Below the pieces are notes generated by a model. It made no database searches, was not told the origin of the DNA, and saw only the letters and a list, made by a program, of their open reading frames with translations. Made by a program: the position numbers and the translations under genes. This document shows, one piece after another, positions 25,880 to 41,125 of a DNA stretch of 64,000 nucleotides (positions within the stretch are counted from its first letter, which is position 1; each line of letters begins with the position of its first letter). The DNA comes from Eledone cirrhosa (taxonomy: Eukaryota): positions 42,532,001-42,596,000 of the forward strand of contig OZ024753.1 in the NCBI GenBank assembly GCA_964016885.1, in the 5' to 3' direction.

Positions 25880-26793
25880 ACACATACACACACACATACA
25901 CACACATACACACACAGATACACACACACACTCACACACTCACATACCCACTCACACACACACACATACACACTCACACACACACTCACATACACATTCA
26001 CACTCACACACATACACACTCACACTCACACTCACACACTCTCACACACACACACATACACACTCATATACACACTCAGACATATACACACTCACACATT
26101 CTCTCTCTGTTCTGTCTATATTTCTCCCTCTCTGCCTCTCACATTTACCCTCTCTCTCTCTCCCTGTTTGCCTACTCTCTCTGTCTCTCACATTCTCTCT
26201 CATGCTCCTCTCCCTCCCTCTCTCATCTTCACTCCCTCTTATCCTCCTCCCCCTTCCCCCCTCTCCCGTCTCTCCCCTACCCCAGGAGACTCTACTACCA
26301 CAACTCCACTGTTCCATTTCGACACACGCCTCTCTTATCAAAAGATAGAAACACAACTATTTTATATTCCTTTCTCTTTCGAAAGTTTGTCGAGATAAAG
26401 TTTCACTGATCATATCTGTGATTCCATCAACCAAATAGAATTAACATGCAAGTGGCTGAGCATTCCACAGACACGTGTAACGTAGATGTCAGGCAGATTC
26501 AACCTGACACAATATGTGCCAAGGCTGGCCCGTTGAATTACAGGTACACCGCTACCGAGAATTAAACTCAAAGCTTTACGATCTAAGCCACACTCCTTCA
26601 CAGAGTTTAACTGTTTTTCAATGAATAAACTTTCATTTAATAAATCTCTGATTATATATCACGTGTCTTCATTACATATGACGTATTGTAAGCACTCTGG
26701 GACAGCTTTGTACTGTTATACCTTCAAATATCTCATTGACTGATTAATGAGAGCTACTGGGAATACAGGGAACATTTTCTCTATAACACCGTT

Positions 26794-26828
<35 letters not shown>

Positions 26829-26906
26829 AAATGGGGAGAAAAATACTGCTGGTAGCACATGGATAACATGTAATAAAATAAGTCCCTCATCAGTGATTTG
26901 CCGACG

Positions 26907-26975
<69 letters not shown>

Positions 26976-27744
26976 TAGCATAGTACTCGTCAAAAATGTA
27001 TTTAGGTTTATGAAATATATTTACTTGCGTTCGTGGATGGCGTTGGTTTTGTGTCATTTTGTTTTAATTTATGTTAGGGCAATTACTAGTTATGATTACA
27101 CACACATATAAATACACGCACACATACACACATAAATATACACGCATATATTTATATTTATATATATATATATATATATACACAGTGATTAAGATGTTGA
27201 AAAACTCCAAGGAACATATTAAAAAAAAAAAACTTGCCTATGGACCATTTAATAATTAGATCATCTCTAATTGATAGAAAACGTAGTTGATTTCACTCAT
27301 TAAACTATTTTAACGCATTAATTTACTGTCGTGTTTTTAGTTTTGAAATAAAATAAAATAAAATAATAGTAAAAGAATTTCAGAAATGAACCAGTGTCTC
27401 CTTAAATATGTCACCAGATAATTTCCTGGTGATGCCTGCATTTTAGATATTATCTCGTATTATCATTATTATCATTAAAATATTCTAATTACGAATGCAA
27501 AATTAACGAACCGATATATATATATATATATAATATATATATATATACTTAACAGATGCTAATTGAATGTAGCTGCATACACACAGACACACATATACAT
27601 ATACACACACATATACACATACACACACATATACACATACATATACACATACATATACACATGCATATACACATACACGCACGTAGATATATGTATATAT
27701 AATAAATCACGTGGAAACAAGACAGAATATAAACATTTTCAATC

Positions 27745-27937
27745 ATCTGCTACTACCTGGACAGGACGCCAGTCCATCGCAGGGTCAAATCCCCCAGTTA
27801 TTACTGGTACTCATTTTTAGCAGAGAGTACTGGAACAACTTAAAATGTGTTTTGCTCAAAAACACAACACACAAACCCACTCCAGGTACCCACATCATTA
27901 TGATTGTAAGTTGAACACATTTACCACTAGGCCACAA
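27745..27937 (-). mobile_element. CORE-type SINE with a different 3' tail
   Basis: Minus strand GTGGCCTAGTGGTAA head, GTTGTGTTTTTGAGCAAAACAC core, 3' CCTGCGATGGACTGGCGTCCTGTCCAGG. Confidence 0.6.
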
Positions 27938-28455
27938 GAGAAACTGTAGATAACGAATAGAATATATAGGATAACTCTTGTTAATCCAGTTATATGAACT
28001 AGTTTATTTGCGATTGAAAATGATTAAAAATTAAATCTGACTTTATCTCTGATGCAAATTTAATTAAAAGCAATCTTACATTCGCAGTTTATTTCGGAGA
28101 GATGAAAGCTATGTCGACTTGAGAGTGATTCAAAGCCAGCCAGTGTAATATATATCTTACTAGATACAGAGGCTCAATCAGATCTTAAGCTTCAGCATGA
28201 ATAATCTGCTCCCCCGGTGATATCTAATTTTTCTTTCTTTCGACACCACCCAAGATTATATATTTAAATGATAAAATCTGAAAAATCACACATCTATTAT
28301 CTCTAATTCTATATAAAACACATTGTCTGTCTCTCTCTGTCTGTCTGTCTTTTTTTCTGTCTGTTTGTCTGTATGTCGACAGCTGCTGCTGATGTATCAG
28401 ATACCAAAAAATGGCATTAGTTTTAAGCGAGAAATCAAACAATATCGGCACGAGT

Positions 28456-28845
28456 TCAATATACCGTCCTGGTCTGTCGGGCGACCATTCGGCGCCGCTG
28501 GTCACAGCACGCCGTCCATTCCTCTCTGGATCGTGCTTTCCTCATCCATGTAGTCCCAATCGTACTCTTAAAATCGTAACTCCACCCTCGTGGAGGCCTT
28601 CCGAGTGGTCGTTTCCGCTCGCGCGGGTACCACTCGGCAACTGCGCGGGTCCACCGATTATCGGTGAACCGGGCGACGTGTCCAGTCCATCTGAACTTGG
28701 TGCGCATATATTCCGTGATGACGTCCCTCACGCCGGACTTCTGTCCGATGACTTCGCTCCTGATGTGCTCTCTCAACGAGGTTCCTAGTATTGATCTCTC
28801 CATGGCTCTTTGAGCCGTTACCAGCCACTGCTCTTCTCTCTGCGA
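28456..28845 (-). mobile_element. RTE-clade LINE, 5'-truncated ORF end
   Basis: VTAQRAMERSILGTSLREHIRSEVI...KFRWTGHVARFTDNRWT..V.EWYPRERKRPLGRP...W matches the conserved RTE C-terminus; GC-rich and uninterrupted. Confidence 0.9.
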
Positions 28846-28911
28846 AGATATATATATATATATAAAATAAAATAAATAAGTCAAATGTTTAAAATTTGGC
28901 TTCGTTTATTC

Positions 28912-28964
28912 CTGCTATATATATTTCGGTGACAGCCATCTTTGGCTGTGACCTCTTCAGGCAG
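28912..28964 (-). ncRNA. Type I hammerhead ribozyme (family E, within a repeat at about 28865-29068)
   Basis: Minus strand: CUGC CUGAAGA GGU-C-ACAGCC AAAGAU GGCUGU-C-ACC GAAA UAUAU AUA GCAG. Intact core, long stem II, palindromic UAUAUA stem III; near-identical copy at 56916-56968. Confidence 0.8.
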
Positions 28965-29441
28965 TCCGAATTAGTGTGGTAGAGACGAGTACACATGTTG
29001 TTGAGGTGTATAATTTTGTCAATACTCTGATATGCCCAGTTCCTGGTTGGGTTGTTGTTTCACTGAGGAACTGGAATCATATATATATTGCAGAAAATAA
29101 GTTGCTTATACATGGAACCATTTTAAAACTATAACTGTCTCTGCCAGTGTAGTAATGATGTAAATATGTAAAGTTATATTCTTTCCTCCCACCACACAAC
29201 ACAACTCTGTTCTCTGATCAATAATGTTTGCTACTAGAAATACCATATACAATAGCTCACAAATAATGTTAACCTATATTATTATTCTCGGTAGCCAGTA
29301 AAACTGGAAAAATAACTCTGAAGCCAGTTTATATTAGACCTTTAGGTTATATATATGCATGTATACATCTATATATATATATAAACATATATATATATAT
29401 AGTAATAATAATAAATGTGAAGACTAAAATATATATATATA

Positions 29442-29511
<70 letters not shown>

Positions 29512-29984
29512 ATTTGTGTTTTTTTCTGTATTTTGTCCCGACTAATATCATAATCAACACAAATAATAAGGAATATCAATATTTGACTATACAAAACCCC
29601 TTTTTCTAGCGAAACAAATTACCTATTGACCTACGCTAACCAATTTCTATTCTTATTGATTATTTTCTTGCTCACCAAATAGGTTTATTTGCCAATATGT
29701 CTCTCTAAATAACGCCACAGTTTGTTTATCCTCTTCTCATTCCTGATTTAATAATAATTCCCTGGTAAACAATATTTAAGGAAATAGATATTAATAATAA
29801 TATAACTAAATTAAGAATTTATTGGAAAACTATATAATAGAAACTGAAAATAAATATAACAGTACTTGGACCCATATCATTAAAATATTCGAGAAAGTTC
29901 GTATATGGCACAACTTTGTAAAACACCAGCTGAGCTTAGGCGAGAACAGTAGAAACAGCGTGATACAACAGGGGGGTGGGGTGA

Positions 29985-30412
29985 GGGTATTCCTATTATT
30001 AATGCACTCGAGCAACTCCGGGGAAGACCAGCTAAACCTCCTAAATGGGTGTGAGCTGTAACAGTCACATGGTAGGATTGGAGGTTCATATCATTAATAC
30101 ACTCGAGTAATCTCGGAGAAGACCAGCTAAATCTCCTACATGTGTGTGAGCTGTAGCAACTACAGAGCAAGACTAGGGCCCCTGTCATTAGAACACCCAA
30201 GACACCTCTTATGAGATGCAACCTGGTAGAAAGCCAGTTAAACTTACATAGGTGTGAGCTGTAAGAACAGCATGCATGCCTGTGGATTATAGGACTAGAT
30301 GCCCCTGTTATTAAAAGACATGAGAAACCCCGATAAAACTGCATAGGTGTAAGATATCTTTTCATGGTAACATTGGAGCCCCTATAATTAAAACACCCGA
30401 GAAACCTCTTAT
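29985..30412. repeat. Old degenerate tandem repeat, ~100-bp unit, 4-5 copies
   Basis: Recurring ATTAA..CACTCGAG/CACCC.AG, GAAGACCAGCTAAA and GTGTGAGCTGTA blocks. Confidence 0.7.
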
Positions 30413-30739
30413 ATACATCTTAATCTTACGTCTATGTTTATGTATACCTGACTTGTTCTAAGAATTGAATTTATACAAGGAAATGTCATGAAAGCCGCAG
30501 CTGGAATTGCTCGAAGTTTCTTTAAATGTTAGCTCAAAAGTTAAACAGAACGTTCAAGAAAATGGCCACAGAACGAAAGAACTATCTAAATAAACTGCTT
30601 ACTTAACATTTCACACAGGATGTGATTCCATCTTAGGTTTATATATTTCCCTAAACCAACCAGATGTTTCACAACATCTAATCTAGCATCGATTCAGATA
30701 ATCTACATATGTTTAATATAAGCTATGAAAACAGAAGTA

Positions 30740-30785
<46 letters not shown>

Positions 30786-30788
<3 letters not shown>

Positions 30789-30941
30789 TATCGCGGGTTC
30801 AATCGGGGGGTAACCACAATAAGTAAACTACTCAATACAAAGCAGAGTATAAATATTTAATATAGAAAGGCTTCTACAGGACTAGAACTGTTTCATTCAG
30901 GAGAAATCCCGAATGAAACAGTTCTAGTCCTGTAGAAGCCT
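30786..30941 (-). mobile_element. Fold-back PLE-like relic (family A)
   Basis: Perfect 31-bp arms AGGCTTCTACAGGACTAGAACTGTTTCATTC / reverse complement (30868-30898, 30911-30941) holding hammerhead 3' halves; tail homologous to 7491-7573. Solo half at 6747-6776. Confidence 0.8.
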
Positions 30942-30949
30942 GATTTCTG

Positions 30950-30980
<31 letters not shown>

Positions 30981-31104
30981 TAAATCTACCAAAATATACG
31001 GTAGTGTCCAATCCGTATGAAGAACTCAATGTAATCCAAATATCATGAAAAGAAAAGATGTATTCACAAATTTTTTCGATGAAAATCACGAAAACAGAGT
31101 GAAG

Positions 31105-31186
<82 letters not shown>

Positions 31187-31195
31187 TATATATAT

Positions 31196-31297
31196 ATGGG
31201 TGTCCCCTCAAAATATATACACACTTTGATTACCTGTGCAGGAAATATTTCTGAGAATGCTGTTGAAGCGTGTATATATTTTTTGGGAAACCCTGTA
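31196..31297. mobile_element. ~95-bp Tc1/mariner-type MITE
   Basis: GGGTGTCCC...GGGAAACCCTG-TA termini in TA context; inverse-oriented copy at 47149-47247 (TA-CAGGGTGTCC...GGAACACCTT) and a partial copy at 15491-15553. Confidence 0.65.
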
Positions 31298-31310
31298 TAT
31301 ATATATATAT

Positions 31311-31497
31311 ATAGGAACGAGTAGGACCCCGACGGCTGAGCTCAAGCCGTTTCGACGGCTAATTCTGAATTAGCCGTCGAAACGGCTTGAGCTCAGCCGT
31401 CGGGGCCCTACTCGTTCCTATTACCCACTCTACTACCCTAAGTATTGAGTACTTTGGTGCGTTATGGTCCACCTGGTTCCTTACCACATTTCCTCCG

Positions 31498-31498
<1 letters not shown>
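31311..31498 (+). mobile_element. Fold-back PLE-like relic (family B) in (TA)n
   Basis: 55-bp arms 31311-31365 / 31367-31421 with a 1-nt loop and one mismatch, followed by the family tail; (TA)n both sides. Confidence 0.85.
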
Positions 31499-31540
<42 letters not shown>

Positions 31541-31694
31541 GAAGATATCAGTATATAAAACTATAAATACTGACTCGCTGACCATTAAATCCTCAAAGTA
31601 TAGCCGTTAAAATTCTCGAAGCAGAAGGAACCCTCAAAGTCTCAGTTATTGGTAGAACAATTTAGACATTTTGTAGAATTACTTCTAGAACATT

Positions 31695-32656
<962 letters not shown>

Positions 32657-32759
32657 AATAAAACATTAGCGGCAAATAAAACAGTAAAATATTTTCCCTG
32701 TTTGTCAGCCTCCCTCGGCTGAGTCTTAACGCGTCACCGGAACTCCGTTACTATTACTA

Positions 32760-33150
32760 CTGTTGTTGTTGTTGTTGTTGTTGTTACTCATGTATTACTT
32801 GTTGTTGTTGTTGTTGTTGTTGTTACTCATGTATTACTTGTTGTTGTTGTTGTTGTTGTTGTTACTCATGTATTACTTATTGTTGTTGTTACTCATGTAT
32901 TACTTATTGTTGTTGTTGTTGTTGTTGTTGTTGTTACTCATGTATTACTTATTGTTGTTGTTCTTGTTGTTGTTACTGTCATGTATTACTTATTGTTGTT
33001 GTTCTTGTTGTTGTTACTGTCATGTATTACTTGTTGTTGTTGTTGTTGTTGTTACTGTCATGCATTACTTATTGGTGTTGTTGTTACTGTCATGTATTAT
33101 TTATTGGTGTTGTTGTTACTGTCATGTATTACTTGTTGTTGTTGTTGTTA
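32760..33150. repeat. Compound (GTT)n minisatellite
   Basis: (GTT)n blocks separated by ACT(GT)CATGTATTACTT. Confidence 0.9.
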
Positions 33151-33175
33151 CTAGATAAAGAGGGAGAGAGGAGAA

Positions 33176-33216
<41 letters not shown>

Positions 33217-33424
33217 GTACATTGCACAGTGCACATGTGAGTATCATAGAAAGTTGTGGTGGTGGTGGGGTAGATATATATATAGATAGATAGATATATA
33301 GATAGAAAGAGAGAGAGAGAGATGCGTTGCATAGTGCACATGTGAGTATCATAGAAAGGGTGAGGTGGGGGTGGTAGTGGTGGGGCAGCGAAGGGAGAGA
33401 AAGAGAGGGCGAGAGGGAGAGCAA

Positions 33425-33480
<56 letters not shown>

Positions 33481-34069
33481 TTGCACAGTGCACATGAGAA
33501 TCATAGAAAAGTGTGGTGGTGTAGAGTGTGTGTGTGTGAGTGAGAGAGAGAGAGGGATGCACAGTGTACAGGGCTGGCCATAGAAAGGTGAGTGTGTGTG
33601 AGAGAGGGAGAGAGAGAGAGAGTGTTGAGTACATAGAGAGATGTGCCATACATTTGAAAGAACACATCGTTAGCAAAGATGAAAGAGAAGCAGCAATGAT
33701 ATAAACCAACGAGTAAGAATTTCTAATATATACAGGAATCCCGAACAAATGGCAGGCTAATACATGGCTATTAAGGAATAATGTTTAAGGACACATCAAA
33801 AGGAGAGGGAGATAGGGAGATAGGGAGAGAGGGAGGGAGAGAGTAGTGGAGGAATTGGAGAGGGGGGGAGAGTGTAGTGGAGGAAATGGAAAGGGAGTAT
33901 TGGAGGAATTGGAGAGGGAGAGAGTAGTGGAGGAAATGGAGAGGGAGGGAGAGTGTAGTGGAATAAATGGAGAGGGGGGGGGAGTAGTGGAGGAATTGGA
34001 GAGGAGGGGGAGAGTGTAGTGGAGGAATTGGAGAGAGAGAGAGTGTGTGTTGGAGGAGGTGGATATATA

Positions 34070-34100
<31 letters not shown>

Positions 34101-34124
34101 GCATATAGGCAAATATGTATACAG

Positions 34125-34206
<82 letters not shown>

Positions 34207-34255
34207 CTTTATTTGTATGTAGAGCTGTATAGGAGAATATATGATTGCCAAATAG

Positions 34256-34285
<30 letters not shown>

Positions 34286-34290
<5 letters not shown>

Positions 34291-34475
34291 GTTTCTACTT
34301 TTGGCACAAGGCCAGCAATTATCCAGTGTATTACTGGTACTTTATTTTATCGACCCCGTAAGGATGAAACGCAAAGTCAACCACGGCGGGATTTGAACTC
34401 AGAATAGAAAAGGGCCGTAACTCTATGCTGGAAAGCATGGCGTCCGACCCTCTACCGATACTGCCAATCCACCGA
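34286..34475 (-). mobile_element. Full-length SINE family 1 copy
   Basis: Complete from the tail (ATAATTGTTTCTAC) to the head (GATACTGCCAATCCACC). Confidence 0.85.
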
Positions 34476-34529
34476 TGAGAATGAGTTTTAGAAAGATATA
34501 TATATATAATATATATATAATATATATAT

Positions 34530-34963
34530 ATGACAGTTGGTATTTCGAGTATACACAAACGCGTATACACACACATATAGACACACACATACATATACAG
34601 ACACATATACACATGACAGTTGGTATTTCGAGTATACACAAACACATATACACACACATACACATACATATACACAAACACATATACACACACATACACA
34701 CACATATACAGACACATATACACATGACAGTTGGTATTTCGAGTATACACAAACACACATACACACACACATACATATATACAGACACATATACACATGA
34801 CAGTTGGTATGTCGAGTATACACAAACACATATACACACACACACACATACATATATACAGACACATATACACATGACAGTTGTTATGTCGAGTATACAC
34901 AAACACATATACACACACATACATATATATACAGACACATATACACATGACAGTTATTTCGAG
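34530..34963. repeat. Six copies of ATGACAGTTGGTATTTCGAGTATACACAAAC separated by CA/TA-rich spacers
   Basis: Motif near 34530, 34613, 34723, 34797, 34874 and 34947; spacers are related low-complexity sequence. Confidence 0.85.
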
Positions 34964-35924
34964 TGAATAGGTTTCACTGCTTAGTTGTCGTAGTCGACCC
35001 TGAACTTGAAAAAAAAACTTAGTATAACATGTTTGATGATTCTAGTAATGAGCTCTCTGATGTTCGGAAGTAGAGAAATATGGTAACATAAACACTAGTG
35101 TGTACAACAACACTAAACACAACAACACTAAACACACTTAACACACAGCACACACCACACTTAACACACAGCACACTCAACACTAAATCACACGCAACAC
35201 TAAATCACATACAACATTAATCACACGCAACACTAAACACACACAACAAACGGAACACACACCCGAAACACCACACTAAATCACACATACACACCCGAAA
35301 CACCACACTAAATCACACACACACCACACACAAGACACACAAGTAAACCCATAGACAATAACACACCACACCACACACTAAATACACCACACCACACCAC
35401 ACCACACACCACACACCACACACACCACCACACACCACACACCACACCACACCGCACCACACCGCACCACACCACACATCACCACCACACACACCACCAC
35501 ACACACCACCACACCACATACACACACATTGTTTTAGAACTGCAGCTAAAGTTTCACTAAAAGCTGAACTATAAAATATATTATTAACATATTACTAAAA
35601 CATTCAAGATTCATAGAATATTTATTTCATGTTTGTATTGCACAGCATGGAACTCAGCTAGACGTGGAAATATGTTACATACAGTCAGGAATTACTCCGT
35701 TAATTAGAAGTAGATCTATCAACTCCACCCACCCCCTATCTCTCTCTCTAGCTACCTGCCTGTCTCTGTCTGTCTCTCTGTCTCTCTCTTTCTCTCTCTC
35801 TCTCTAGCTATCTGTCTGTCTCTGTCTGTCTCCTTCTCTCTCTCTCACTCGCCATCTGTCTGTCTCTGTCTGTCTCTGTCTCTCTCTTTCTCTCTCTCAC
35901 TCGCTATCTGTCTGTCTCTGTTTG

Positions 35925-35955
<31 letters not shown>

Positions 35956-36087
35956 GGCTATCTCTCCCTCCCTCCCTCCCTCCCACTCTCTTTCTTTGTT
36001 TGTCTGTCTGTCTCTGTCTGTTTCTCTCACTGCGTGTCTCTCTCCCTGTTTCTCTCTCCTCTCTAAACTGACTGACTGTACGTCTAC

Positions 36088-36195
<108 letters not shown>

Positions 36196-37346
36196 GGCTA
36201 TCTCTTTCTCCCTCTCTCCTTCTGTCTGTTTGTCTCTCTATTTATGTCTGTCTCTCTGTCTACTTCTCACACCCTGTCTGTCCCCCCCCCCCTCTCTCGT
36301 ACTGGGTGGAGTTTCTCAATGAAATCAGTGTTTTTTTCTTGTTTTCTTTTTTCACCAATTCTCGTATCAAGTCTCGTTTAGCGAGAAAGAAAATAACTTT
36401 AGGTTTATCTGCGTAATTTACTTTTACTGTTTTCAGATATTCGACTAATCATGAATTAGAAATATAGTAACAAAGCGGTTAAAGTGTTTATATTTATCTG
36501 AAAACCTTCCATCACAATGATCCAAACACCATCTAATAATTGTTTCTACGATAGGCACAAGGCAAGCAATTATCATAGTGTATTACTGGTACTTTATTTT
36601 ATCGACCCCCCCGGCAAAGTTAACCTCGAATAATAACGAGAAAGTTAGTTATATATTACTAAATCCTCCAAATTATTTTGAAAATCATAAGCGATGTCTG
36701 TCATTAGAAATATAGTAGCAAAAAGTCTATAGTAACAAAAAGTCACAAATGTTTATATTTATCTGAAAACCAACACAATTTGGCGTTGGAACCTTAAGTT
36801 ATGTTCCAAAGACCAGCTTAATAACAAAGAAGTTTGTTATATTACTAATTCCTTCCAAATTCTCGACTATTTTCAACATTATTTCAAAATCCTAGTGAAT
36901 GTCTTCCATTAGAAATATTGCAAGGGATGGATTAATCCTACAATAGCGATCACAAGGCTGGAACTAGAAGTACAATATGATAAAAGAGAATGGAATTTAT
37001 ATTAGTCATCGGTTGCAAACATCACCCTCCAAGCTTTGTCTCTTAACAATCGAGTGAGAAACACATGATCTCATATTTGCTGCGGGGTGATTAAATATAA
37101 AATAATATATACATATATAATAAATATATATATTTCATAACGATGTATCCTTTGTTTGCGGAAAGAATTAGCAAGTTTATATAGCATGGTAAATTGAAAG
37201 GGAATGTTTACAGTTGGATATCATTTCTAGAATAATAATATTGGTTTATGTTAGATGGAGCCAACTGTGGACAATATATATGTTGAATACCTTATATGGA
37301 ATATTACTAAAGTAACTGATCATGTATCTGGGGTATTTAACACCTA

Positions 37347-38215
37347 AGGTTAGCCCAGCAATGTGTATCTGGCTACATGGTGATGTAAGTTAGCCCAGCA
37401 ATGTGTACCTGGCTATATGGTGAGGTAGGTTAGCCCAGCAATGTGTATCTGGCTACATGGTGATGTAGGTTAGCCCTGCAATGTGTACCTGGCTATATGG
37501 TGAGGTAGGTTAGCCCAGCAATGTGTACCTGGCTACATGGTGATGTAGGTTAACCCTGCAATGTGTACCTGGCTACATGGTGATGTAGGTTAGCCCTGCA
37601 ATGTGTACCTGGCTATATGGTGAGGTAGGTTAGCCCAGCAATGTGTACCTGGCTACATGGTGATGTAGGTTAACCCTGCAATGTGTACCTGGCTACATGG
37701 TGATGTAGGTTAGCCCTGCAATGTGTACCTGGCTATATGGTGCTCTAGGTTAGCCCTGCAATGTGTACCTGGCTACATGGTGATGTAGGTTAGCCCTGCA
37801 ATGTGTACCTGGCTACATGGTGATGTAGGTTAGCCCAGCAATGTGTACCTGGCTACATGGTGATGTAGGTTAACCCTGCAATGTGTACCTGGTTACATGG
37901 TGATGTAGGTTAGCCCTGCAATGTGTACCTGGCTACATGGTGATGTAGGTTAACCCTGCAATGTGTACCTGGTTACATGGTGATGTAGGTTAGCCCTGCA
38001 ATGTGTACCTGGCTACATGGTGATGTAGGTTAGCCCTGCAATTTGTACCTGGCTACATGGTGATGTAGGTTAGCCCTGCAATGTGTATCTTGCTACATGG
38101 TGATGTAGGTTAACCCTGCAATGTGTACCTGGCTACATGGTGATGTAGGTTAGCCCTGCAATGTGTACCTGGCTATATGGTGCCCTAGATAAGCCCTGTA
38201 ATGTGTACTTAGGTA
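37347..38215. repeat. 40-bp minisatellite, ~21 copies
   Basis: Unit AGGTTAGCCCTGCAATGTGTACCTGGCTACATGGTGATGT. Confidence 0.95.
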
Positions 38216-38509
38216 TATAGACCCTAGACTAGCCCTCCTTCACTCAGTTATGTTCCCTATTTTTCCAAATAAAATAATACAATTTACAGTTTGGCAAACT
38301 GACAACCTTCGTTCTTTACACTTGTGGCTCTGACCTCATTAAAGAAATTAGGAAGCTAGTATCTTCCACTAGAGAGTCATTTCTCACCCATAACAAATGG
38401 AGTGACAGGTCATAACACCATACGACCCTCTCCACCACTTTACATATTTCCACAATGCCACGCGACAAAGGTGTTAAATGATATATTTGTTGATATACAC
38501 ACTGATATA

Positions 38510-38566
<57 letters not shown>

Positions 38567-38591
38567 ATATATATATGAGTATGTGTTTGTG

Positions 38592-38685
<94 letters not shown>

Positions 38686-38977
38686 GTACACTATTCTTTC
38701 TCAGATGCTTTCCCTGATTAACATTCCTCTCTTGAGTACTAAATGCCTCCTGTTTCAGAATCACTGCATTATGGGTAGTACTAGTGGTGGTGGTGGTGGT
38801 GGTAGTAGTGGTGGTGGTGGTGGTAGTAGTAGTAGTAGTAGTGATAACAGTGGTAGTAGTAGTAGTAATGATGGGTACTAGTAGTGGGATATGGGTGGGT
38901 AGAAATGTGTGAAAGGATTCAACATATGGTGCAATGATGTTAGGGGAGCGCTCACGACTACAGTGTGGGAGCTAGAC

Positions 38978-39040
<63 letters not shown>

Positions 39041-41125
39041 GTGTGTGTGCATATATGACTGTTAAGTATAGGCTAGCGAAGAAGACTGTGTGTGTCGTGT
39101 GTACGAATGTGTGTAATATATAAATACAAACAATTTATTATAGAATGTCAGTGCAAATAAATAATTGTTTGATATTTTAAGCAGTTATTAAAACAACAAC
39201 AACCCTGCTGTCTCTATTTACCCCACCCCTTAAAATAACTGCCAGCCCTACTCCCATCTAATTATTAAGTAAATGACATCTTTCACGATGTCTGCCTGAG
39301 TAGGAGGACGCAACGGTGCGCATGAAAACCCGCAGGGGTTAAGTCCGGGTTAAGCCGACCGCGTGTGCAGATCTTCCACGTATAAGATTATCATCTTATC
39401 TCCTCAACCAATTGACTTCTAGTTCTAAGTGCCCTCAATTCTTGCAGTCTGATGATTCAGTGAGTGAGAGGAGGAAGCTGGTCAGTCACTGTGATTTCCA
39501 AACAGGATTTCAAAGTAAAAGTTAACCTCTATGACGTAAAGCGTCCTAAAATAATGGTTTCTGATTTAGGCACACGGCCAACAATGTTGGGAAGTGAGGG
39601 GGATGAGGGGTAGATTAAATCGACCTCAGTGTATTACTGGTGCTTTATTTTATCGACCTCGTAAGGATGAATAACAAATAACAACAATAATTATTTGTAT
39701 CGTTCACATCTCCCGTCATCTCTGTATGTAGACTGAGGCAGTGGTTGGTTGGAATACAGTAGACTGAGACTGTAATACTGTAGACAAAGGAATGTATTTC
39801 ATTTTTTGGAACTAACAATTTCATCAATATATTTATTTCTAAGCTTCTATTTTATTATTTATTATTTTTGTGTGGTTTTTAATGTTTCGTTCGGTCTATT
39901 TATTTATTCTATGCAATCAATTGCCATTGAGATTGTAGCATTTTTAATTAGTCCCAGCGAAAAACATCGCTGAAATTCAATTTGAAGCCGGATTGTGTTT
40001 ACAACGCAAATATAAAACAAACAAAGAACTTGCCTAAGATTGCTGCTAGGCCTGGATTTTAAGTTAATCGATCACAATGAGAAACCCAATTCTACATTGA
40101 GTTTGGTTAATAGAACACGACTGAGTAATAGTGGTAATAGTAGTAGTAATAGTAGTAGTAGTATTAGTAATTGTAATGGTAATTGTATTAGTAGTTGTAT
40201 TAGTTGTAATAATAATTGTATTAGTAGTAGAAGTATTATTAGTTGTTGTTGTTGTAATAGTAATGGTATTAGTATTAGTAGTAGTTGTATTATCAGTATC
40301 AGTAGTAGTAGTAGTAGTAGTAGTAAGTCTTTACTAGCTCAATGAAGGGGTGGCGGTCTAACAACTCGGTTACGAATTCGTTGACCTCTGTATCATCTTG
40401 GCAAAGCATTTATCATTTCTAATAAACTTAATGAATAAAAAAAAAAAATAATAATAACGAAAAAAATAAAATAAATAAAAATAAAACAAAACAACAACAA
40501 AAGGAAAACGACAGGAATAATTAAATAAAATCAATTGTTATCATATCTTCCTCCTCGATGTCTGATTTTTATTTTAGAATCGTGCAGAATACTTTCACAC
40601 ACTTTCCAATCAGATCGATCAAACCAGTAGAGACACTGTACAAATACGTTCACACAATCTCTTCAGTAGAATATTTATATTATTTTTCTTATTTTTATTC
40701 TTTTTATTCTTCTTCGCTTTTAACTCTTCTCATTTTTTTTCCTTTTCTTATTTTTTTTTTCGAAACTTTTTTTTTTTTCTTTCATTTCTTTTTTTCCGAC
40801 TTCTTATCTTCCGCTTTTTCCAAACATTTGCTATAGACTTCATATTCTCTTCAGAGAATCATATTATAGACTAGATAGCCTCTTCAGAGAATGCTATGCC
40901 ACAATACCACCACTAATCTAATTTCCATTAGAAATGAATATTGCTTAAGTTGATTCGGAATTCTGAAAATGGCAGGTATTATACTATCTTCTCCCGGAAT
41001 CAATAATTATATTTTATTCATTTACATTGCAATTTCTCAAATTCTACCACATTCACCATGAAAAACATTGAACAGGAAAATTAGATAACTTCGATATAAA
41101 CAGTAAAATCTCCGAGTCCACGTCC

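Noticed and set aside
26850-26900. CUGAUGAGGG on the minus strand
   Set aside because: No downstream GAAA or stem III; at most a deleted hammerhead relic.
34530-34963. CRISPR-like repeat and spacer pattern
   Set aside because: Spacers are mutually related CA/TA low-complexity sequence of uneven length, there are no cas genes, and the context is eukaryotic.
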